Made by a program: the position numbers and the translations under genes. DNA of 64,000 nt from Bugula neritina (taxonomy: Eukaryota; Animalia; Bryozoa), in the NCBI GenBank assembly GCA_964035545.1, contig OZ037765.1, positions 30,751,504-30,815,503 of the forward strand. The letters run 5' to 3'. Position 1 is the stretch's first letter. Every line of letters starts with the position of its first letter. The notes beneath the pieces are model-generated. The model was given only the letters and a program-made list of their open reading frames with translations, ran no database searches and was not told the DNA's origin. This document shows positions 12,708 through 24,000 of this stretch, in pieces.

Positions 12708-15700
12708 ATGACGGAAGCTGTGCAATCAGTGCCATCTGGTGGGTATGAAGAATTTGTTATGACAGGAGATTTAATATTACAAGTCAAATCATCTCCACCT
12801 TCACCAAAGAGAAAGTCACGCTTGTCAGGCGACAGCAATTTCTCCGAATCAGACGCTGATGCCGGTACAGTAAAGCCGACAGCAGTAAATGGCGGTCTAA
12901 CCACTCCTGACACCCATGTTGACACTTCTACTGACACTCATGCCAACAGTAACTCATATGACCCTATGGTGACTTCAGACTTTGATACTCAGCATACCAA
13001 CAATCACAATGGTAACTCCTTTACCAATCTGGAATGTTCCGACATTACTACTAATACAGACATCAGTGCAGACGACGATGCCAGCTCTGTTGCATCTGAT
13101 GACTCATTTCCGGAAGAATTCATTCAAACTAACTTTACTGAAGGTGGAGTAGTTTACGGGACAGTGAGAAAAGTGGATGAGCCATCAGCTCATCGGTTAG
13201 CCAAGAGACTGTTTAATTTGGACGGGTTTAAGAGGTCTGATGTGTCGTACCATCTAACCAGGGAGTGAGTATTAGCAACTTAGTCTACGTTGATTGCTAT
13301 TTTTAGCCACTGGTTTACAAGGTGCCATTGTTTAAGTATAGTATTAGCGGGTAGATTAGGCTTTATTCCGTACTACCACTGTGCTATCTTATCTCTTCTT
13401 AATTCTGATTCATTTTACTATGAATTGTTATTCTTAATTGAGATAAATTTATCTTTAGTCTACATCAGTCATGTGTTTCAAAACTATTGTTTTGCCTTCT
13501 ATTAAATGTCATTCGTTCTTCATTATTTAACATTCATACAAGTTCCCCTAGTATTTAGGAAAAGCTTTACTCTATGCCTTCATGAAGTATGATGATGTGA
13601 ATGTATCTACAGTTTAGTATGCATGTACCTATACACAATAACCCGCTTCACTATGTACATCTACCTAAATTAGCTACAGTGTACATCTAGTGTTTCAATA
13701 AAAGTATTTTTAGCTTACTCTCTCTTCATTTAGCAACCAATTCTCCAGAAAAGTTAATGAAGAATATCTCAAGCACTTTGACTTTGTTGATAAGAATCTG
13801 GTGCAGGCGATGAGGCAATTCTTTGACCATTTCACACTGGTGGGAGAGACTCAAGAGAGAGAGCGAGTGTTGAATCACTTTACTAATAGATACCTCGAGT
13901 GCAATCCCTCCGCACTGAATGTGGACTATAACTCTATTGGTCAGTTTAACAGCAGCAGCTCTGTTAATGTGTCATCTTGCTGACTTAGTCATAGTTTGAG
14001 TCATAGTGATAACAGTACTAGTAGTACTAATAATACTATTACCAATAGTGCTAGTAGCAGCAGCAGTAGTAGTACTTTTACTAGTAGTACTAGTACTATT
14101 ACTAGTTGCAGCAGTATTAGTACTACTACTAGCACTAGTACTACTACTAGTGCTAGTAGTAATACTAACGCTGCTGCAACTGGTAATAGTACTAGTATTA
14201 CTGGTAATAGTACTAGTAATATTAGTAATAGTACTAGTTGTAGTACTAGTACTGAATTTGCTCTTAGTCTATAATAAAACACACTTTGCTAATCGCTGTG
14301 TCAATTCTTAACCCAACAAAGTGAAGAGCTACTAAGCTCATGTAGAAAGCTATAAAATGTATAATACTAATAACATTCACCAGTAAATCAGGAAGTCGGG
14401 TTACATGACTCAGCCACTGTGAGTCTTTGTGTGCATCACTATGTCCATTATGTAACATGGCAACCCCTTGTGTAATAGACTGCTATAGACAGCTAGATGT
14501 AGAGATTGCTGTGGTTATGAAATAATCTATGATCTCTTAGCACAAGATTTAAGGGGAAACAGGATCTACTAGGCTAGTTCTGCATACAATTATTCAAGTG
14601 AACTTGAAATTATATTATTTATTTATCATTAGAGCCAGGTTTGAATTCACTAATGCCTATATATCCATTACAGATGCTTGTCATACTTTGACCTGTGCAA
14701 TTATGTTACTAAACACAGATCTACATGGCCAGGTAGGTCACAGTATTCTCTCACTATCTCACTCAGTCAATCACTGCAAGTGATTGATAAAACTATCCTT
14801 TTATCTAATTTGTTTGCACATATATATTAATCTAAAGCACCGGCCCTAATACCACCTTGTTGATGCGTACAGTTCTATATGCAGTGAAATTTATTAACTG
14901 TAAACAATGATAAGCAATTTCTATCAGTTGCTATCATATTTTTGGTTGCATAAACATTAAAAGTGACGCTCAAATGAATAAAGTTGATGCTGTGGTGTAA
15001 CTGTTTTGAAAGAATTCGATGGAAATGTTGTTTTTATGTTTAGGCAAGTTTTAATTCTGCATTTTATTACAAAATATGCAATCAGCGTGACTTGGTGGTT
15101 TGTAAGACTTTAGTTTCACAGCCAATGGCATTGGCCAATCACGTGATGGCTTTCATCATTGAAAGAAGCTGGTGATTGGCTACACAATCTGTGTGTGGTG
15201 AAACTGCATCCAGTGAAGCTACTGCCTGCTTCACACTTTTATATACAATGGGAAACAAATTTATATGCTGGGAATTGTTTAACTGAAACCAACTGGCCTA
15301 TTGGCTGTGGTTTTGGCCTATTAGCTATGATGTTACTCATTCTAGCATGCCATTGGTTCAAGCAACTCAATCTCTCGCATGTTATTGCATTGCATTTCCT
15401 GTTTGAAGAATGTGGGTCGACGGATGACCTTGAACGATTTCATCGAGAATTTAACCGGTTTAAATGGAGATGATGATTTCTCCAAAGACATGCTCAAGTT
15501 GTACTACAATTCAATAAAGCACCAGGAGCTGACGTGGGCAAGGTGGGTCAGCACACTTGTATATGGGATGTCACTTTTAGAGCGGGTCTTTATCTTGTCT
15601 CAGACTAGAGTTTTAACATCCAAATCATTCTATAGTGGCAGATGCAGTTGCAATGTCAAAGAAGATTTATTACGCAGTGTTTATTAGTTTAGTGAGCTAG

Positions 15701-18700
15701 CAGTGTGTATGTTATACTAGGGTTGGATTTTGTTTACATGTTAATTCATTGAGATTAGAAAATACACCTTAGTTTGAACTTGAGTGCACTGCAAGGTGCA
15801 AGGATGTATTGTCTGATGGTGTGTATAGTGTATTGTGTCCACACAATAGGTGGTCCAATTCATCCTCACTTAGCAGGCTATTTTTTGTATTTCTAGTTCT
15901 TTGAAATGAGAATATAAGTGAATAATATACATATATGATCACTTTGGAAGGAACTTTGCCCTTAACTACATGGCTATATTGTATACAGTGTATGGTGTAT
16001 ATGCTATAGCAAACCTCTATATAGCTATATGATATACAGTACATATTATGGTTATATTGTATACAGTATATGGTTATATTGTATACAGTATATATGCCAT
16101 ATGGTTCACCATACTTTTATATGGTTAGAAATTAAACTTGCCTTTACATGTGTTTGAAATCTAAACTGCTATAGCCCAACACACCAACACACCAACACAC
16201 TAACACACCAATTGCATGCTTTAATCTCACGTTGGTTTAACTGTCATTCCTATTTAATGAAGTGTTTAGCAACTGCTGAGATAAAACTGGCCTTGTGTTG
16301 TGATGTATTTGTATCAATATATTTAGTGTTTAGTGTAACAGAATGGTTTCTTGCCTCAGTGATATATTTTCCTCCTAACTTTGTTGTGTTTCATATTAAA
16401 CCAGCCTGAAGCATTTGATTTAATGATTCAATTTAAACTCTCCCACTTTATTGATTGTTTCATTACATAATATTACACTCCACTCCTTTATCAATTTGAT
16501 TAAAGTACACAATGTTCTTTGTTTGCTGTCAAATTGAATAAGATTGTGGTCATTTCTCTTTTGGAAAACTTCCAAAATGTAGTAGTGCTATTGTAATGGC
16601 ATGGCATTGTGAATATAACACTATGAATGTGACGCTGTGTATGTTACCTTGTGACATAGTGACTGTGACATAGTGGCTGTGCCACAGTGAATCTGGTGTT
16701 GGTTTTATGTAACTTTCATTTGGTGATCGTTGGCTCTAGCTCACATATCAACTCTCTGCTCTGCATGATAGGCCCCTCTCCCGGGAGTCCTGGTGACCTT
16801 TCTAAGGTCAGCCTCGAGTCTAGAAGTTTTCTTCTGCTGACACATAATTTCTTTACTCTTATTTCCAGTGTTTTCATTGTGGATTCAACACCCACTCCTA
16901 TAGGTAGTGTTGCATTGGGACATTTATGTTATACTATGCTATACTATGTTATATTATGTTATACTATACTATACTATATTATGTTATGTTATACTATGCA
17001 ATGCTATACTATGCTATATTATGTTATACTATGTTATATTATATTATGTTATGTTATACTATGCAATGCTATACTATGCTATGCTATATTATGTTATACT
17101 ATGTTATACTATATTATGTTATGTTATGTTATATTATGTTATACTATGTTATATTATGTTATACTATGTTATATTATGTTATCCTAACTCTGCAGGGATG
17201 AACATGGAGATGACTTAAGCAAACCCAACAGCGGGACCCACACAACTGAAATGAATGGACGAAGTAAGCATAGCTCGGCGCTTTCATCTCCTGTTCAGAA
17301 TAACACCTTATCTGACTCATTTCTGACTGTAAGTACATTGAATAGTTACTGCTGCTGCTACTGCTGCTGCTGCTAGTAGTATCTAATAGTGCTGCCTGAG
17401 CCATTATCTTTTAGTGCTCCTTTACTACTTACTCTCAGATAGGCTGCTTCTGTTATTATCTAATAGTGCTGCCTCTTAGCACTCTTAGCAGCTCAACAAA
17501 GCTGCTGCTGCTACTGCTACTACTGCTAGCACATTATTGACTGCATAGAAGAAGTTACAAAGTATGCATTTAGAGTGAAAGTTACATGGAGACTGAAGTA
17601 GTTTAATGACTGGGTTTAATTTACACCAAACTGATTAACTTATTAGAAGTTATTTTTCTATTCTCAAGTAGAGCACAGACCTCTGCTGCATTATTATATT
17701 ATATTGAATGTATTGATAGCCCGTATTGATATTCTATTATGTGTTATTGAGTGCTGTACAGGTGCAGGCCTGTTGGTATATTTGGGTCAGTTTAATTTAG
17801 TACACATCTCTAATAATCACTATGAACTCTTTTTGCTGATTGATTTCAATTATTTTGACATGAAAATACTGCCATAGTTTTGTGTTAAATCTTTTAAATA
17901 TCGTGCAAATAATGTATATTAGTTTACTGTCGCGTCATTGGCAGCGTTTGATGCATGGAGTGGCAGCATTTGTGTTTTTCACACTAGGTTCATAATATAA
18001 AGTTATTTTTATTGTGGTGTACTCCGCAATTTTTCCTCTTTTTTGACTCTGTTAGAGGAAGGTGACATAGAAATTCACCCGTGCCAGTAGTGGTGCTCAT
18101 ACATATAGTTCACAAAGTATGATACGTCGTGTTGTTTTCTGCTAAAAGGTGCCGGCCCATGAACATTGCACAGAGTACAAGAGAGGAACGTTGCAGAAGA
18201 AACACTGCAAGGGACCTGAACTTAAACCAGGTACTTCCAAACTCTAAATATATCTAATAGGTTGTTCTATGCATGCTGAGTATGAGCTACATGTATTCCC
18301 ATGTGGTTGTCAGTCGTAATTTAATTTCTGTCTAATTCCTTTATGAAATAATAAGTTTTATCGTTTGCATTCACAATTAACTTCCTATCCACTAGAATTT
18401 ATTGTAGTTTAAGTAATTGTTTAACCTGTTTAATCATGGCGTACCATGTAGCTAGGGTTGTTATTCGACTGTCCCTTGGTTGCAGTGGCCACGGGGAAGC
18501 GAGGTTGGAAGACACATTTTGTAGTATTGAAAGGTATGGCGTTGTACTTGCTCAAGTCGTCTGCAGCTCATTTAGAAGACAAATCCACAAAAGTAATCTT
18601 GCTGCACCACAGTCTAGCTCAGGTGGATCATGAGTATAAGAGAAAGTCGTGTGTGTTCTCTCTTCGCACAGCTGATTGGTCAGAATATCTCTTCTCTACC

Positions 18701-20167
18701 AGGTAATTCTTACATCCTGTACAGGCAGTTATTTCTCGCGCATGAAACTGCTTGTCGTGAGATTTAATTAGCTTAATTAGCTGTATTAACCTATGCTTTG
18801 GTATCCAATTTGCATGTAGATTTATGCTTGCACAACCAATGAGTCATGCTTGGTAAGTTTGATACAGGGGTTCGTATTTGGCACCATCTCAGCCAGTTCC
18901 AGTGTTGGTTGTGTTGTAGCGGTGCAGGGGAGTTGGAGAGTTGGGTGAAGGAAATCAATACCGCTGCCGCTCTCCTGTCCTCAGAACCTCTGGCAGCTCC
19001 TGTAGGCGCACAGAAAAAGTTCCATAGACCTCTGCTGCCGTCTTCGCACTCTAAGCACAGCATAGTAAGTATGGCGTGATGTAGATATCATGCAGATAGC
19101 ACTGAATTATTTGTATGAAGTTCTACACTGTATATATATGCAGACGAAAGAAATGTTCTTTAATTTAATGGACTACAATAATATCAAAAGAAGACGATTC
19201 TTTATAATTACCTCTTGAGACTAACATTTGTTAATGTGGCATTGCGAGACTTGTGTGATGTCTGTATGTTCAATATGGTAGACGGAACAGTACGATGCTC
19301 ATGAGCAGCAGACACTGGCTCTAAAACAGTCGATAGCAGACGAAGAGATGTGTCGGCCAGACAACTCCGCCTCTAAACAAACTGTCAGCTATCATAAGGA
19401 GAGAATGGAATATCTTAAGTTTGAGGTAAATGTGTTTTCCAGTGTTTTTATGATAATTTTTTAAATTATGCTGAGTTGAATAGTTTTTTTGAGTTTATAT
19501 AACTATTGGAGGGATTTGATGCAGCTGGTCGTTGACGAACAGGTTGCTGTCTAACTTGTAACTATGCAGTTCTGTTTGATAGAATATTTCCTGCCAACAG
19601 GAAGTAATCTATCAGTTATAAAATCATTGATTATTACTTAATAAAGAAGTAATTATATTGCGTATGTAGTTGACTCTGTAGTGTGTAGGACAGCTTCACA
19701 TCAACCTAAAACTTGTATCACTCAGACTATCTCAACCCTAACACAAATTTGCCTTGTGTTGTATCATTATTATTTCTCTGAAATCATGAAAATTGACACG
19801 AATTGACAAGTTAGAATCTTAACCATAGCTCTTCACATCCTTTCAGTGATAAGATTTGCTCCACGTCTCAAGACAGTTCATTTCAAAATATGGTTTGCTC
19901 TGTGTTAAACATTTTTGTATTGTTTTTATATAAAAAGGTTTTTGTGCTTTTTAGCTACACAGATATATAGTTTATGTTAATCTACTAAAAGAGAAAGTTG
20001 GCCAGATTAAAAAAGAGAAGACAACTATAGGGGAGGTGGAAGAGACTGGAAAGTCAATAGCCTCAGCTCCACAGTCAGACAACTCCCAGACAGGCAATAT
20101 TAACTCTACAACCAATAGGTACAGTTACCAACAAGCAATCCACAGCAGTCTAACCCCAGTAACATAG
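12708..20167 (+). CDS. PSD: PH and Sec7 domain-containing protein (EFA6, ARF6 guanine-nucleotide exchange factor), 629 aa from Met at 12708
   Basis: Exons 12708-13264, 13734-13939, 14674-14732, 15409-15542, 17196-17328, 18149-18230, 18486-18702, 18920-19064, 19282-19425, 19955-20167 (1890 nt, phases close). Sec7: SAHRLAKRLFNLDGFKRSDVS, LVGETQERERVL (catalytic Glu), HTLTCAIMLLNTDLHGQ. PH: GKRGWKTHFVVLKG, FSLRTADWSEYLF. Then LAAPVGAQKKFHRPLLP and a coiled coil. The frame is open back to the acceptor at 12697, so an N-terminal extension is possible. Confidence 0.95.
13995..14255. repeat. Degenerate (AGT/ACT)n intronic repeat
   Basis: agtactagtagtact... runs ~55 nt after the donor at 13940; these explain the Leu/Val- and Ser/Thr-rich ORFs here. 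Confidence 0.9.
16925..17182. repeat. Period-5 microsatellite (TATGT/TATAC/TATAT)n abutting an acceptor
   Basis: About 50 pentamer units ending 13 nt before the exon start at 17196. Confidence 0.95.
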
Positions 20168-21028
20168 TCCATGCTCAAAACCTCTAGCTCTTCTCGATCA
20201 CTGATGTTGGCATTTATTTCCTTATTTTTTTTATTCGCATTTAAATGATCATAAATTTATGTCACATCATTTATTGCTTTGCATTTCTATTGTTGATTAT
20301 ATAATATAATACACTTTTATATATCTGTAATGTATATGGTACTTCGGTATATTTTATTAGCGATGCATCAGCTCATGACAACGCTCATGACTCTGCATTA
20401 TATTCAGAAGATGGTATGTATATTCATTTAGAAAGTGAAGTGACCCAGCTTTAACTCTATCACTTCTTTCAGTGTAATTAAATTCCAGTATGTTTCTTGC
20501 AAATGTCACTGCAATGGCCACCATGGCGTTGGGCAGTTCCACTAACTCTTGCTTCAACCAACTAATCCCTCAGTGCAAGTCATAGACTTGATTATTATCA
20601 ACTTTTTTTAGTATATTTATTGTATGAATATAATAATTATTGTAACAGTAATTCGACCAAGTGTAACAATTTAATTTGTATTGTTGATATGTCTGACCTT
20701 GAATTTTTTGCTGAAATATTCCCAATAATGTTTCATCAATGAAATAAGACTGAATAATACACAATAACCTATCTATTGCAGTGGAACTGTTCGTTTGATC
20801 ATCAAGCCAAGTTAGCACGGTATAATGTATATGTAATTCTGCAACACACGTGCTTATGGCTGAATTCTCTGTTTAGTGTTTGCATGTAAATTTTCACTTG
20901 TCCATGATCAAAAATTCAATAAATAAAATACAAGAATTTGCTAAATTATATGAAAGTTGATAATCAGCATTCTTAGTCTAAATAATCCAACTTCCAACAG
21001 CACTGAGTGCAACCTTGCTGTGGTACTT

Positions 21029-24000
21029 CTACATGGGTGGTGGTGGTGGCGGCGGCGGCGGTGGTGGAGGAGGAGGTGGTGGTGGCCCATCACTGGGAGG
21101 TGGAGGGGAAGCGACTCCTGCAACTTCAGGCTGCACACTTGCAACTACAGTTACAAAACAGAAAAAAAATATTTTAATGATGTAGAAACAAGAGTTTAAT
21201 AAATTTCATTACATGTTTTATTTACAATTTATTTGCCGAATAATTCTATAGAAACGCTAATGAACACAACACAAGCTAAACACAAAACTAGCTGGCAAAC
21301 TACATCTACTAGCCATGAACATAAGTAAAGTGTTTATGCAGCAGTATCTGCGAGCATTGTTACATTATGGAATAGTTCCATCTACAGTGAAATGTTAGCA
21401 ACACAGAAACTGTGGTGTTTAACAAGGTGTTGAAACAAATAGATGAACACACAACTTACCAACTCAACTTTTTCCTAAAACATTTTTACAATTGAAGACA
21501 TTCATTAAGATAAAATACCTGAGAATTATAATTTACAACCAAAGTTATATCAGCAAAAAATTCATAATTTACACATATTTTAACTTGGCTCTTGAGGGAT
21601 TAAACTGAAATATCTCTATACACCCATTCCAAGTGTGGCATACACTCTATCAGTAGCTCATACTTTATACATTATACTATACTATTAGTTTACCAGCAGC
21701 TGCGGCTCCTTGCGTAGCCCCTGTGTCAGAGGCCCCTTCTTCTGCCTTAGCCTTAGTTTCATCTTTCTCTTCTTCAGCTGTCTGGTCAGCCCTGAAGAAT
21801 ATTCTAGCACTCCTCAGAGAATAGTAGAGTAAGTTGAACTCCTGCAACATTCATTACTGAGTTAACACAAAGCATGCAACACGTCTACGAATATGACTGT
21901 GTACACATTTTTAATGAAAGGTTTCTATATTGAAAAGTGATAACACACCGTATATATTGTAGAGTTTCAAAAAGAATAACATCGTTACTCTTGCCATGTA
22001 ATCTGAAGTTGTTTTGTGCCACAAAAAATAAGCTTGCTGTGGTTAACTGAAATTTCTTAGGCAAATTTGCAGAAACCAACATTTTTAGCATAAAATTTGT
22101 TTCTCCTCAGCAGTTGCACCCACCTGTTGGTACGTGTCGAGTCTCTTAGTAGTTAGTGACATGGTTTGTGACAGCTTTTCGTCACTTGAGCCTCTAGCTG
22201 CCTGTTTCCTAGCTGCCTCCTATACACCATATGGACAAGTGAAGTTTTACAGAAGAATGAAATAACTATTGTTAATCTACTCAATTTCACTTCAAGAAGA
22301 AAATAATGTTAGCAGCTTAACAAACAAGGAATATTAATTCAATAGCCATTCAACATATCAAACATTTATTGCTTCAAAATCTTCTTTTAAATAGAACAAG
22401 AAAACTTACTTTGTCCCCCTTGTATCTGGTGAGTACAGACTGGAACCAATGTAGAGAGTCAAATTCGTTGTACTGGTCCAGCAGTTTAAGTATATACGCC
22501 ACCCCTAGTCAGAACATTGTACCACTATATAGCAGAGATAAAAAACTGAAAATAAACATTCTTGTAACTTGTTCCTAACAGCAAGCTAACAGATTTTTGC
22601 CATTAACAATTATTGACTGAAAGAAATCTTCTAGTTAGTCACTAATAACCCCTACAACAGCTATTAGTTTTGGATTGCTTTTGAAAGACTGAGTACTAAC
22701 TAAGCTGTTAACTACTCACTACTAGTTTACTACTAACTATACTGGTAATTACTCACTACTAGCTAACAAATACAGAATTAACCATATTTATAAAACTTTG
22801 ATTGCTATAAACATGGTTGCCGATTAGCGAATACTAAATACTCACTGCTTCGAACAATCTGTTGACTGATAAATCCGGAGTACAGCCTGCTAGCTATTAA
22901 CACACTCCTCAGAGTTTATAACTTTCCTACTTAGTACTGTAACTCACCCATAGTCACTATCACACATAGTACTGTAACTCACCCATAGTTACTATCATAC
23001 TTAGTACTGTAACTCACCCATAGTTACTATACATAGTACTGTAACTCACCCATAGTTACTATCATACTTAGTACTGTAACTCACCCATAGTTACTATACA
23101 TAGTACTGTAACTCACCCATAGTTACTATCATACTTAGTACTGTAACTCACCCATAGTTACTATACATAGTACTGTAACTCACCCATAGCAAATCCATCA
23201 TCAGTGAACAAGGCATCCTGTTTGTTCTTTTTATTCATCTTTTCCTTGCAGCTAATTGAATTCTCCACGAAATTCACAGTCTAGAAAATATATCACAGCA
23301 GCCAGTTATTGCATAGTTGGAAATTGTATCCACTGGCATTATTAGGAGTTGTCCTATTTATGTATGCCATGCCTTACCAGAGGAGGTATTATCATGAAAA
23401 AGTTCTTCAGATGAATATGTTTCTGGTCTCTAAACTCCGGAGCGAAAACATTCACCAGCATCTACAACGTAAAAGTAATAGTAGACAACGAGAGGTCAAA
23501 GTAACTTCAGAGAATTTGTTCGATTATATACATAAAGTACGCAAGCATATCTGCAGCACAGTGTAATAGGTCATCACCTTGAAATATTCCGTTCCCTCAG
23601 AAAAGTTCTTTACCATACTCTCCACCACTCTGTCCAGGGTTCTACATATTGCAAGAGCATAGGTGTGATCAGTTATTGTCAAGTTAACAGTGAAAAATGG
23701 CTACACTGTAAACATCATTTGGAATATTCATTTGTAATAGACGTTGTATTGGCACTGTACGCATTAATTTTCAATAATCAAAAGCCTCAACTGCACACTT
23801 CAAAAACTTTGTTTTTGTTTGATTTTAACCAAGTTAATGAGTAGACAACTCTTGCAATTAACTCTCCTCAACGCCTCCAGCTCTCTAGCGGCTCTCACCT
23901 GGCCGATGACTCAGTCTCGGAAGGCAATGACTCATCCCGACAACATTCCTCAAAGGAAATGATGTCATCTAAATCGGGAATAAACCGAATAGCACTGCTA

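Noticed and set aside
13996-14311. Poly-Leu/Val and poly-Ser/Thr ORFs on both strands
   Set aside because: Products of an intronic (AGT/ACT)n repeat.
16687-17218. Tyr/Cys/Met-rich ORFs and a possible extra PSD exon at ~16771-16805 (PSPGSPGDLSK)
   Set aside because: The ORFs come from the pentamer microsatellite; the candidate exon phases (1 to 0) do not fit the phase-2 intron.
6821-20008. Identical 18-mer AGAAAGTTGGCCAGATTA at ~6821 and ~19992 (both encode KVGQI)
   Set aside because: No flanking similarity and the proteins are unrelated; one such match is plausible by chance in 64 kb of AT-rich DNA.
20941-21199. Poly-Trp/Arg and poly-His ORFs
   Set aside because: Alternative-frame and antisense shadows of the WASHC4 polyproline exon.
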